A stretch of DNA of 64,000 nt from Mobula hypostoma (Eukaryota), in the NCBI RefSeq assembly GCF_963921235.1, contig NC_086097.1, positions 137,456,001-137,520,000 of the forward strand, written 5' to 3'. The position numbers and the translations under genes were made by a program. The notes under the pieces are model-generated. The model did no database searches. It had not been told where the DNA came from and worked only from the letters and a program-made list of their open reading frames with translations. Positions 1-12,900 of the stretch are shown one piece after another. Position 1 is the stretch's first letter. The number at the start of each line of letters is the position of its first letter.

Positions 1-541
1 TATTACAGGTAACTTTTAAAAAAACCTGCATGTTCATTGAAACTTTTATGGCCTGGAATATTGGAACTTGATCCAAAAATAGCTGCATATGGCAGAATAT
101 AATGCAACCAGTCATTTTCAATGGGAGATGGTGGATGTCACACTGTAATTTCAGAGCTAAGTAATCGTAAAGTAAGCTGAGAAAGCATTTTATTCATGTA
201 ACCACATTGGTTCTGGGTCTGCTGTCATTTGGTGGAGTTATGTCAACAAAGCCCTGGCATGGACATTCTGCCCATTCATTTTCTCAGGTACAACCATGAA
301 GAAACCCTCTTTGGGCATGCCAGATTGTGAATTAGATTTGTTGGGTTTCCAGTGATCACCTCAGAACACAGAACTGGAACCAAAGTAGTCAAGCTACTTG
401 AATGTAATAATGGGCAGATTGAAGATTTCCATATTCACATGTGCATAGCAAAAATCCTAAAGTTGCTAAGTGTAATATGCAAGATAAATGAAGACAAAAG
501 AGTACAGCTTTAGTATGAAAAGTTTGAAGCCAGAAATCTCA

Positions 542-637
542 TTTATTTAATGTGAAGCTTGCAAAGTGTTTTTACAAGTTAAGAGGTGCGGTCTTATTTA
601 TTATATTTTATATACCTACTCAAATACAAGTTTTATT
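542..637 (-). terminator. Candidate polyadenylation signals for ANO10
   Basis: AATAAA on the minus strand at 637-632, 602-597 and 547-542, about 190-280 nt after the stop. The context is AT-rich, so the site actually used is unknown. Confidence 0.4.
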
Positions 638-823
638 TCTCCATCCTGCCTTCATAATATGTTCTGCACCATTCAACTTGCTTTATCTGCATGGGTGTGA
701 CTACAATGATTTATGCAGGCTTCAGAAAATGGATATATTTACAAAGAGCCACCAAGCACTGTGTTGAGAGACATTCTCATCTTCACACTAAACTTAATCC
801 ATTTCAGTCAAAAATGTATATAT

Positions 824-910
824 TCAAAGTTTTTTCTTTTCTTCCCATTCTCTCTTTGTTTCATCAAGTTGCTCTTCCTTGGCCATTGATTCGTCAGCTT
901 CCTTTATTTG
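824..910 (-). CDS. ANO10: ANO10 terminal coding exon (exon 13; not in the ORF track)
   Basis: Acceptor tttttgttcccacag|, phase 0. Translates [28 protein letters not shown], an acidic tail ending in a di-lysine motif. AATAAA hexamers follow. Confidence 0.75.
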   Translation of the reverse strand, partial: QIKEADESMAKEEQLDETKREWEEKKKL

Positions 911-3900
911 CTGTGGGAACAAAAATCAGATCACTGAGAGGCCAGAAAATTTGGTGATGTCTACCTTAAGCAGGGTAAGAATAAGTCCTGTATTATGTGC
1001 AAAGGCAAGAGGTAAGTGGATCTTTGAGGGAACAATATGATACAGTAATAATGTTGTTCCAGCATTTCATTGAAACAAAGTAGATTCTGGTTAACTGGGC
1101 TATTGGTTAATTAGGGCAACCACTTATTATTTGGGACAAATCTTAAAGAACAAAAACAAAATGAGAAAATAGCCAGGATTGCCTTCATTTATTTGGGACT
1201 CTTCTATGCCGCTTAAATGGGCCAGGAGACTGTTGTTGAATAGTTTCTAACTAGTGTCAGGCATATGCACTTGTTTGGGTGGATGTGTGGGTGTGTCTCT
1301 CTCCCCCTCTCCGTGTGACCCCGTCTGTGTAAAAAGCAGTGATTTTTGTCACTGATATTTGTAGAAATAAGCAGTAAGATAATTCAGAACTGTTTTGCAC
1401 TCACTGTGGTTTCAAGCATTCTGGCTTGGAGATGCCAGAAATGACCAGGAGTGCAAATTAAACTATTTCACTACATCAAATTATTCATAGTTCCTAACTT
1501 GAAGGTCTCGATGATCATCTTGAATGTTACAGTAAAAATGAAAATTTGAAGAATGCGATAGTCAGAAGCATCGTATGAAGGTGGTCTATTATCTGCACTG
1601 TTTTGTTCATTTACAGCCAAAAAAGAACACGGCAATGAAATTCCACTGTTAACAACCATCAGGAAATTATACAGGTTTATAGTACTATAGTAGAATTGGT
1701 AGGGATATAATCTGTTCTGCATTTCATTTAAATATACGATTTGTTACTCAGTTAAACAGTAGTTTGTTTTTTTAAAAATATTTTTAACTATTTCTATGAA
1801 ACTGTCGCTAGTTGGGGCAGCTGCTTAATTGGGTCAAAATGCACTGTTCCTGGTGTGTCCGAATTAACTAGAATTCACTATACTACACAATTGATGGGCT
1901 GGATGTTTCCTCAATCCAAAGGTTCTAAAACTCGCAAGCATGATCTTAGTTTAAGGAATTAGTTTTCTGGGACTTAGATGAGTAATTTCAAAGGTTTATA
2001 AATCTTTGTCAAAGCCTATTTGAAGTTAATGGATAATCAGTTGTCAAATATAGTCTGTGATTTAAAACACTATAGGAAGGAATGGGAAGGTGAGATTGGA
2101 CAGCAAAGTGGAGGAGGTAGTAAGGAATCTCAAAGGACTGCATCTATTCTATGCTTCTGGGACATGAAGCAAGATCCAAAAAAAAAATCCATTCAGACTC
2201 AAGATTTGCATATCTGCAGCATCTTTCACCATTATGATGTATCCAGAAACTTTCTGAATTCCAAGGATAAGAATCTGAGCATATGAACCGGTCTGAGCCC
2301 TTAATTTGCACAAGACCCACCACTACATTTCTTTCATCTCAAAGTTGCTAAATATTTAACTGAAGTGATATATAGCACAAAATGTAAATTCGCAAAGATT
2401 TCATGAGATGCTGCAACACACAACTGGTAACAAAATAACATTCTGTGGAAAGTGTCATGGAAGATCAGAGAAAGACTGGAAATAAACTTGAATGGAAGAA
2501 GTTTCTTTACACCAGCATCTGTTCAATTCTGGACTGAAAACATTGTTTCTATTTACCAACACATCTCCATTGCTACAACATTATCCTACCCCAAAATGGA
2601 TGATGTAATGTTTTCAGCAAAATCTCAATTATTTCTAACTTAGGAAATATTGCTTGGATGAACCATTAGTTGCCTCATAGAATTACAGATGAATATTACT
2701 GTTGCACTAAATTTAATTAACTACTGTTCAATGCATCTTTGCAGTAACATCTTGTCTCACTGGGTTATGGAACATAGTAGTTTCCCAAAGTAAGGCATAA
2801 AAAAGCAGTTATAACAAAAGGGAGATGTGAAAGATCAAGTGTTAAATCAAAGAAAAACAGCAAATACACATATTTAAGGATATAAATACATTGGAAGCAG
2901 TTTAGAGAATGTTTACTACACCACTACTGGAATGGAAAGTTGCTTCTGAAGAATGATTAGGCTAGGCCTGTATCCCCAGAGCTTATAAGGATGAATCACA
3001 ACTTGTTGACGTGGTCCTGGACTTATTTTCCATCTGGCGTAGTTTGCATTTTGTTGTTTGATTGTTGGGGGTTTTTGTATTGCTATATTTATGCTCTATT
3101 CTTGGTTGGTGCGGCTGTAACGAAACCAAATTTCCCTCGGGATTAATAAAGTATATCTATCTATCTAATGCAAGATTGTGTGAAAAAATATTTTCTCATG
3201 TGGTAGAAACAAGGGATCACTGCTTACAAATGCTCTGCCACAGGAGTAGAATTAGGCCATTCTGCACACTGACTTCTCAATATCATTCTCTTGTCCTCTC
3301 CCTGTAACCTTTGACACTCTTATTAATCAAGAAGCTATCGACCTCTGCTTTAAATAAAGCTAATGACTTGGCCTCTACAATCATCTGTGGAAGTGAATTC
3401 TACAGATTATAAAATAACTATTTTCTTTTTCTTTTTATAATGAACCAGTGAATGCTGATAAATTTATAAGAATTACTGTGTGTCAAATTAATTCATGGCC
3501 CTCACTATAAAGATCACACAAGTCATGCAGGTTTGGGTTATTTTTAAATCTCTTACACCTTGCAGCAGCTGGACTCAAAAGCCCGATCCTATTCACTACA
3601 AGATCCTATCATCTCAGAACCTTTACCTTACAGAAACAAAATGTCAATTGTCTTTGCACATAAATAATTCAATTTTCGATCTAAGTAAGCATCTCACTAA
3701 GATAAAGCCTTAAAGATGTTTAACAGTGTATCATTCTGAAATGGTAAATATGACCCTTTCAGCCTACATTTCTCCCTGTACCTTTTAATTCTGTTTTCAA
3801 AAATTAACATGCTTTGACGTTAACATGGCATCCTGCAGTCCACTATTTCAGTTTTCTGCCAAATTTTCTTCTGGGAAGGAGAAAATCAAGCTCAATGAAA

Positions 3901-6900
3901 AATACGTTCCACCCAATATCTAACTGCCAGTTTCAGCTCTCCAAAGAGGAACTCCCTACTAAATTGTCTTTACAAGATACCAGCTAACAAACCATCCATG
4001 ATGAACACTGCAACTTCGTCTCTTTAAGAATCATGCTTCCCTGAATGATGTATTACAGGAGGTTAATTAGAAACTCCTAATTATTAACACTTTATTAAAT
4101 AACAGACAGTTTATTAATGACAGACTCAGTTTAATGATACTAGACTTTTTGTGTAATGTGAAGATAACTCATCAATTGCTAGCAATAGTGTTGTTTCCAA
4201 GTCAAATGCATTTGTCCTGACTGCATCGAATTCCTCCTTTGATCTGGAACTATTTGGAACAATTGTCCTTATTCCACATCTTGGTTTTGCTAAGCTTCCT
4301 AGTGGATACATTTGGCTCTCAGCACATTGGCTTCCTGCATGTTGTGCCAATCACAGCAGCAATGCTTTAAAAAGCTGCAAAGTTCATATTAGCCTCACTT
4401 ATCCAACCCATAGCCCATAGTCTGTACTCAGCAGTTCTCAGTGTGGTGAACGTAACCTTGGCAAGGTAATTTTCCATTCAGGGCTGACCCATCAGCACAT
4501 TACTAAATAATAACGATACTTTGGAATGTGCTGGCACTGCATCCAAAGAAGGAGGCAAGGTATAAACAGAAAATTTGAAGGGCCACTATTATAACTTCAT
4601 GTGCCGAGTGGCTGTCTCCTTCTTACTTATACTGTTATTTTGTGAAATAGAACACAAAACACAGAACAGTACACAGAAACAGGTCCTTTGGCCTTTGATA
4701 CCTGTGACGAATGCAACGCTGAATTAAACTAAATCTCTTCTGCCTGCACATGATCTGCATGCCTTCATTCCCTGCATATTCACGTCTAACAGTCTTTTAA
4801 ACACTACTATTGTATCCATTTCCCCAATAGCCCTGGCACCCGATTCCAGGTACCTTGCCTTGTACATCCTTAAACTTTCCCTTCTCACATTAAATAATCT
4901 CCTCTACTATTTGTTATTTCTCCCAGGGAAAAAGAGACTGTCTCGCTGTGCATCTCATAATAATTTTTATAAACTTATATAAGGACCCCCTTCAGCCTTC
5001 AACTCTCCAGAAAAAAAACAACCCAAGTATGTCCAACCACTCCTTGCTCATGTTCTCTAATCCATGCAAAATGTTTAAGTTTCAAGTTTAATTATCATTT
5101 AACCATACACGAATACAGCCAAACAAAAGAGTTCCTTCAGGGCAAGGTGCAAACACGTTACCAATAGCACATATGGTTATGATTTCAGAAAAACATACAG
5201 TAACAAAGAAAAAGTAATAATATAGCCCAAGTCACCGAGTTGTCCTAGTTCAGTTTATTCTTCCACCATGCAAATACTGGAGAGCAACACCAACTGGAGG
5301 GGCCAGCCACAACCCAGATGCACACAGCCAGCCCCGGCTTTTCCTTCCCCGGCGACAGCAGGTGACTGCGAGGCATGAGGGTCTTGTTCACGCAACACTG
5401 ATCCCCCACTGTCAGTCTCACCAATGAACCAGTATTCTATGGTATCACTGTCCAACCGGGTCTTGTGATCACAATAAAAACCTCCGAGACAATCACTTGC
5501 ACCTTTCTTTTGGACCACGCACTGATCTTGGCACAACAGGTGACAGCACAACAGTATGCAGTACGTCCAGCTCCGTTACTGTCGAGCAACTCGTGAATGG
5601 GATAGTCCTGCAGTACTTAATACTTTTGGTATCTAGCAGTGACTTGCGATCATAGAAGAGACATGCAAGATCAACAAATACACCTTTGATTGGACCCTGA
5701 GTGGCAGCCACATCCAAGTACCCTGCCATCTTACCTAACCAGAGATTCTTGGTAAACCTGCATTCTCCCCCCCAAAGCCTCCACTTTATTCCTGTATTTG
5801 GGTGACCAGAAACTCTGTACAGTCTAACCTAAGTTTTATATAGCTGCAACATGACTTCCTGATTCTTGCCTTGATCACTGAAAGCAAGTATACCATGTAC
5901 CTCATTGCACACCAACATCTGCACACTATGTCACCTCAACTGGTGGTGAAATATCTGCAAGCTAATTGTCAAGCTCGGCAAACACTGCAACATCAAATTC
6001 TATATACCTTCTTGACTACCCTAGCAACATGTGTGGCCACTGAGCACTGGAAATGAACCCAAGATTCTCTTTGTAAATTAGTGCTATTAAGGGTCCTGCT
6101 GTAATTATATACCTCCCCCTTACATTTGACACAAGTGTGCAACAAAATTGCAACACCTCACATTTTTCTGGATTAAACTCTATCTGCCATTTCCCTTGCC
6201 CATATCTGTAGATTGAATTCACTCTGCACAATTCCACTAATCTTTGTGTCATCTGCAAACACCCTAACCCACCCATCTATATTTCCAATCATGTAATGAA
6301 CAGCAGAGGCTCCAGCACTAATCCCTGTGGAATACCACTGGTCATGGACCACCAGCCAGAATAACACCCTTTCATAACCACCCTCGGTGTTCAATGAACA
6401 AACCAATTCTGAATCCAAACCGCCAGTCACCATGCAGCTTAATAGTCATTTCTGCTAGTCTTTTTCAGAAAGTGGGACCATGGAAATACACAGCACAGAA
6501 AAAATAATTTCTCTCTCTCTCAGACTTTCAGATTTGTGAATATTTTTTACTTAGGAACAACAGTGCTAAATGAATAAATGTTAATATTTCTAACAGCCTG
6601 TATCAAAGGGCATTGATCTTCATGTATTCAGATGACAAATAGCAACTGCAATACGAAAGTCACAAGCAACATCAGACCTGCTCCAGACTGCAGGTGGCTT
6701 TAGCTTCCAGTCAATGCATTAACTGAGAGGATGTCCACACTTTTGGCAGCACTATTTGGAGGGCAGTGGAGCTCTGTATTGTGCTGACCAATGGTCAACT
6801 CTCTAAAGAAACAATAGTTTATCCCATTTTAATTTGAGTGCTTACAGTCAAGCTTCAACTACCACAGTTCCTATCATACAGTTCTGACTATACTTGAAAA

Positions 6901-9900
6901 GCATAGCTGACTGCCTGGAACTTAGTGCCATTCTGAGGTTGTAAATGGCCATTAAGAAAATACCTCTAGTCTTGCAATTATTAATTCTACTAAATTATAA
7001 TAAACCTAAGAAGCTTGCTAATCCATTGAACCCCACAACCATTTAGTTAAAGCAGTAAGATTATATTTATCTGGATAAGTGATCCAATTTGCCACCATCT
7101 TAGTGGAAGACTTCAGAGAAAGGAAGAGAACATATGCCAAACATACAAGTAATTGAAATTCATGTGATGGAATTATTAAACATCTTGAGGTTTTAATTGA
7201 TCATTAACTATCACATCTTACCTTTCGTTTCAGGGCCTCCATGGACTCAAATTCCATCCTGGCCACTTTAGTACGGATATCACTTGGGATGTCCGAGATG
7301 GCAAATGCCAGGATAAATTTCAGAGCCAACAGAACATGCTGCAAGATATAGGGTGTGCAACATGAAAATTCATGAAAATACAAAGGACTTATTTTAAAAA
7401 GCTTTATTGCATTCATATTGCATCATTTCAACATACAAGAAGTGCTTATTCATACATTTCCTTAGATACACTGACTGTCTGAAGGACGAGATGAATTTAC
7501 TCCAACAGGCAGTTAACCATTTACTGCCCAACAGTATCTGATTGATAAACAAGAGAAAATCTGCAGATCAGGAAATCAAAGTAATACACACAAAATGCTG
7601 GAGGAACTCAGCAGGCCAGGCAGCATTTATGGGAAAGAGTAAACAGTCAATGTTTCTGGCTGAAACCCTTCATCAGAACTGGGAAAAGAGTTCAGAAGTC
7701 AGAGTAAGAAGATGGGGAAAAGAGGAAGTACAAGGTAGTAGGGACCTCCTCCCTTTCTACCATTCCGGGTCCCAAACAGTCCTTCCAGGTGAGGCAGCAC
7801 TTCACCTATGAGTCTGCTGGGGTCATCTACTGCAGCTGACACTCCTGGTGTGGCCTTCTGTATATCGGTGAGACCAGACACAGATTGATAGCCCACTTAC
7901 CAGAAAAAGTGGGATCTCCCGGTGGTCACCCATTTTAATTCTACTTTCCATTCCAAAACATCGGTCCATGGCCTCCTCTACTGCTGCGGTGAGGCCACAC
8001 TCAGGTTAGAGGAGCAACACCTTATAGCCTCCAACCTGATGGCACGAATATCAATTTCTCCAACTTCCAGTAGTTTCACCCCTCTCCTTCACCATTCCCC
8101 ATTCCCATCTCTCACCTTATCTCTTTACCTGCCTATCACCGCACCGCCCCCCAGTGCTCCTCCCCCTTCCCTTTCTTCCAAGGTTTCTGTCGTCTCCTAT
8201 CAGATTCCCCCTTCTCCAGCCCTTTATCTCTTTCACCAATTGACTTCACAGCTCTTTGCTTCACCCCTCTCAGATCCACCTATCACCTACTTTGTACTTC
8301 TTCCTCCCCTCCCCATACCTTCTTACTCTGACTTCTCAATTCTTTTTCCAGTTCTGATGAAGGGCTTCAGCCTGAAACATTGACTGTGTACTCCTTTCCA
8401 TAGATGCCACCTGGCCGGCTGAGTTCCAACAGAACTATGCATGTATCTGATTGAAGTTTTCTCTAAATCATTAAGTAATTTGGCAATGTTGAAGATAAGA
8501 GAGCCACCATCTATGTGCACCTCCTGAGATGACTGACAGAATCCTGGTTAAACTCATCTGAAAGAGGGCACCTTCCATGGTGGGGCAATTTGCTATTCCT
8601 GCAATGGAATAAAAACTTCTCACTTGAAATGCATGATCAAGTACACAAGAAATAAAAGTAGAAGAGGCCAGATAGTGCTTCAAGCCCACTTCATCATTCA
8701 ACAAGTGCAAGGCTGACCTTTCACCTTGCCACCAGTTTCCTGCAATATCCCCCTACCTTTTGATTCTATAATGACTTGAAAAACCTATCATTCTCTGTTG
8801 AACCCCATCTCTAATGTAGTCCATGACTGCGCTTCGCAGCCTCTGGGATAGAGAATTCAAAAGACTGACCATCAAGCATTTAAATAAATCCAGAATTATA
8901 AACCAGAACAGGAGTGAAAACTAATGCCCTTCTGAGGAGCAAATATGCCTTCCTCATCCACTCTGGTTTGCATACCAGATTAGAGTTTACTCTAAACTCT
9001 CTAATGGTATTCATCCAGGAAGCTACTCAGATCAGAAGCATTTAAGTTAGACTATAAATGCTGGTTTTGCTAGTGACGTCCACATCTCATGAATGAATAA
9101 TCAAGGAAAATCATGAACATTGTATTTTAGCCAAAAAACAATGACAGCATGAAAATTTGACCTTCAGCAATTTTAATAGGATCACCATCAGCAACCAGTC
9201 CAGATGCATCACAACTTTTTGTTGCAACTGCTCTGCCTGTCAACACTTCTCACTGCCTCGGTAAATCAGCCAACATAATCAAAGACCCACTCACTCTGGC
9301 AAATTATACAAAAGAGTCAAAACGTGTTCAAACTGTCTCAAGGACAGCTTCTATCACACTGTTATACAACAATAGAACAGTGCTCTAGTATGACAGAATG
9401 GACTCAACCTCAATCTACTTCATCTTGGCTTACACCTTACTATTTGCCTGCAGTGCACTTTCTCTGTAACTGTACTATTATATTCTTTTTCCCTTATTAC
9501 TACTGAATGTATTGATGGGATGAAATGATCCCTATGGATGACATCTGTATGGATACAGTAAAGCTTTCACTGTACCTCAGTAAACGTGACAATAATCAAC
9601 CGATTTTCCCCAATGTTTGCTTTGACTGCAACCCTTCAAACACAAAGACTCACGGCTACTTTTCCCATCTGTTCACCTCCGAGATTCTTTCACAGATGTA
9701 ACACAACTTCCAGCTCCATCAATTGAACATGCAAAATAAATTACTACACTAATTTTTTTGTTTTACAGCCAAGTCTAGCTATGAACATATGTTAATGGGT
9801 GACTTGCAACAACAAAAAAAACCTTGTCCATTTATGTTTTACATTTGTGGTTCCACTACTCCCTCTGCTGGTATTAACATGTTAGTGGGTAAAAATTATA

Positions 9901-12900
9901 ATTTTATCACAACTGACAGGATTGATTGCAATAACATAGAACCAATGTCATCTCATAGTGAGGCGGGTGGGGGTGGTTCATGAAAAGAAAACTCACTGCA
10001 CTTTCAGAGCCATTTAATCCAAAATAAAATGTTGGCCCATTAGTATGACGTGTCGGTGTTTTACAGCCTAATGAAGTCTGGTCACTGCTGTAACACAGAC
10101 ATGTACAGCACAGCAAGATCCTATGTACCATAGTGATACAACAATAACAAGACTGCTATCTCTGGCAAAGTTGTTCAAGTGCAAAACACCAAGGAGAATT
10201 TCTATTATTTACACCAACCAGTCTAAATTAGGCAGAAAGTAACATCTGAGGATATGACAGTGTCCATGGAAGAGTACAAAGTTGGTTGTGAGAGAACAGG
10301 TCACTCACAGCAAAAGGATGTTTCCTATCCAAATGTGGCTGAATTACTCACCTGTTCCATTTACTCCTGCATCACCCCTCTTCATTTAGCCCTGATTAGC
10401 TTGTCTCAAACCTCCCTCCATATGTTTTTGCAGTGCCCCCTTAGATGCATCTTTAATAGTCAGCTCCGTCATGAATTATGGTGCACAGTTATTCTCACCA
10501 ATCTGGGTCTCGAGTTCCTTCTTGCATTGTAACTTTATGTACACTATTTTTCATCTCTCTCCACAAGTGGAAAAATCAGTACCATTCTTGGGCTGCAGAA
10601 TTTCAGGTGGGGACCAAACAAGGGTCTACACAATTAAATGTACACCTTCCACCCAACCCCCTTCCCCTTCATTTATTTTGAAGTAAAGATCAATGTTTCA
10701 ATGGCTTAGTAACTATTTCCTACACTGGTTTGTTCACATGGGCACGTCAACTTCTGCCCATCCACAGTTCCTCATCCAGATATTCTCATTTGTCTTTCTT
10801 GGATCCGCACTGATTAGAACTCCATCTGCCAGTTTCACTCACTCACTTGACCCTTAAATATCCATATGATAGTTGTTGTTAGTGTCTACAGCATTTACTG
10901 AAACTCTTAGTGCTGTCTACAAACAAGGATACACAACACTATCTTTCACCTTTCATTGATAGGTATGGTGAACAGGCTCCAATACTGACATCTGGAATCA
11001 AACTTCTTCACATTCTGCTGATCAAAGTACATTCTCTTGTCAGCAAAACAGAAGATCTAGTCATTAACCAGAAAGGGGGACAGTGTACACGATGCTGTTT
11101 ACATCAATGGCAATAAGGTGGAGAGGGTTCACAGCTTCAATTCCAGGAGTCTACACTCAAGGCATATCCTGGTCCAACCATGTAGACACCACATACAAGA
11201 AAACTCATCAGCAAGCCCACTTCTACAGGAGGCTACGAAATCTGGCAGGTCCCCTGCCACCCTCACCAATTTTATAGGTGCACCGTAGAAAACACCCCAC
11301 CCACATATCCAGGTTTGGAATGGCAACTGCTCTGCCCGAGATCACAAAAAAAAAACCTGCAGAGACACGTGAACACCGATCAGTCCATCAAAGAAATCAG
11401 CCTCCCCTCCGTGGACTGTCTATGCCTCTTGCTGTCACTGTAAAACAGCCAGCATAATCAAAGACTACACCCACCTTAGACAATCTTTCTTCTCACCTCT
11501 CCCTTCAGGATAGAAGATACAAAAGCCTGAAAGCATATAGTACCAGACCCAAGGATGGCTTCTATGTCACCATTATAAGATTGATGAATGGTCCTTCAGT
11601 ACAAGATGGACTCTTGACCGCACAATCTACCTTGGTATGACCTTCTCCGTAACTTCCGCCACCTCCAACGGGATCCCACCACTAAGCACATCTTTCCCTC
11701 CCCCCCTCTCTCTGCATTCCGCAGGGATCGCTCCCTACACAACTCCCTTGTCCATTCGTCCCCCCCATCCCTCCCCACTGATCTCCCTCCTGGCACTTAT
11801 CCGTGTAAGCAGAACAAGTGCTACACATGCCCTTACACTTCCTCCCTTACCACCATTCAGGGCCCCAAACAGTCCTTCCAGGTGAGGCATCACTTCACCT
11901 GTGAGTCGACTGGGGTGATATACTGCGTCCGGTGCTCCCGATGTGGCCTTTTATATATTGGTGAGACCCGACGCAGACTGGGAGACCGCTTTGCTGAACA
12001 TCTACGCTCTGTCCGCCAGAGAAAGCAGGATCTCCCAGTGGCCACACATTTTAATTCCACATCCCATTCCCATTCTGACATGTCTATCCATGGCCTCCTC
12101 TACTGTAAAGATGAAGCCACACTCAGGTTGGAGGAACAACACCTTATATTCCGTCTGGGTAGCCTCCAACCTGATGGCATGAACATTGACTTCTCTAACT
12201 TCCGCTAGGCCCCACCTCCCCCTCATACCCCAGCTGTTACTCATTTTTATGCACACATTCTTTCTCTCACTCTCCTTTTTCTCCCTCTGTCCCTCTGAAT
12301 ATACCTCTTGCCCATCCTCTGGGTCACCCCCCCCCCGTCTTTCTTCCCGGACCTCCTGTCCCATGATCCTCTTGTATCCCCTTTTGCCTATCACCTGTCC
12401 AGCTCTTGGCTCCATCCCTCCCCCTCCTGTCTTCTCCTATCATTTTGCATCTCCCCCTCCCCCTCCAGCTTTCAAATCCCTTACTCACTCTTCCTTCAGT
12501 TAGTCCTGACGAAGGGTCTCGGCCTGAAACGTCGACTGCGCCTCTTCCTATAGATGCTGCTTGGCCTGCTGCGTTCACCAGCAACTTTGATGTATGTTGC
12601 TTGGTATGACCTTGCACTTTATTGTCCGCCTGCATTGCACCCTCTGTAATGTAGCACTTGATTCTGCATTGGCTTAGTTTTCCCTCATACTACCTCAATG
12701 CACTGGTGTGTTGAAATGATCGATCAAGGATGGAATACCAAACAAGTTCTTTACTGCACCCCAGTACATGTGACATTAGTACACCAATTCAATCTTATAC
12801 ATCCTACTACCCATTAGCTACTGTTTAAAAGCCTGCCTCTCCATTCCATCCACTCATTTTTATTAACTTCCTTCTGCGTACTTTATCAAATACTTCGAGA

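Larger units (their letters stand above)
11000..12800 (+). mobile_element. Rex1/Babar-like LINE 3' fragment split by a Penelope insertion
   Basis: [24 protein letters not shown] remnant. The 3' UTR resumes after 12613. A related copy lies at ~9200-9600. Confidence 0.65.

Noticed and set aside
1..540. Exon of a neighbouring gene downstream of ANO10
   Set aside because: I found no recognisable coding frame. It is most likely 3' UTR or intergenic sequence.
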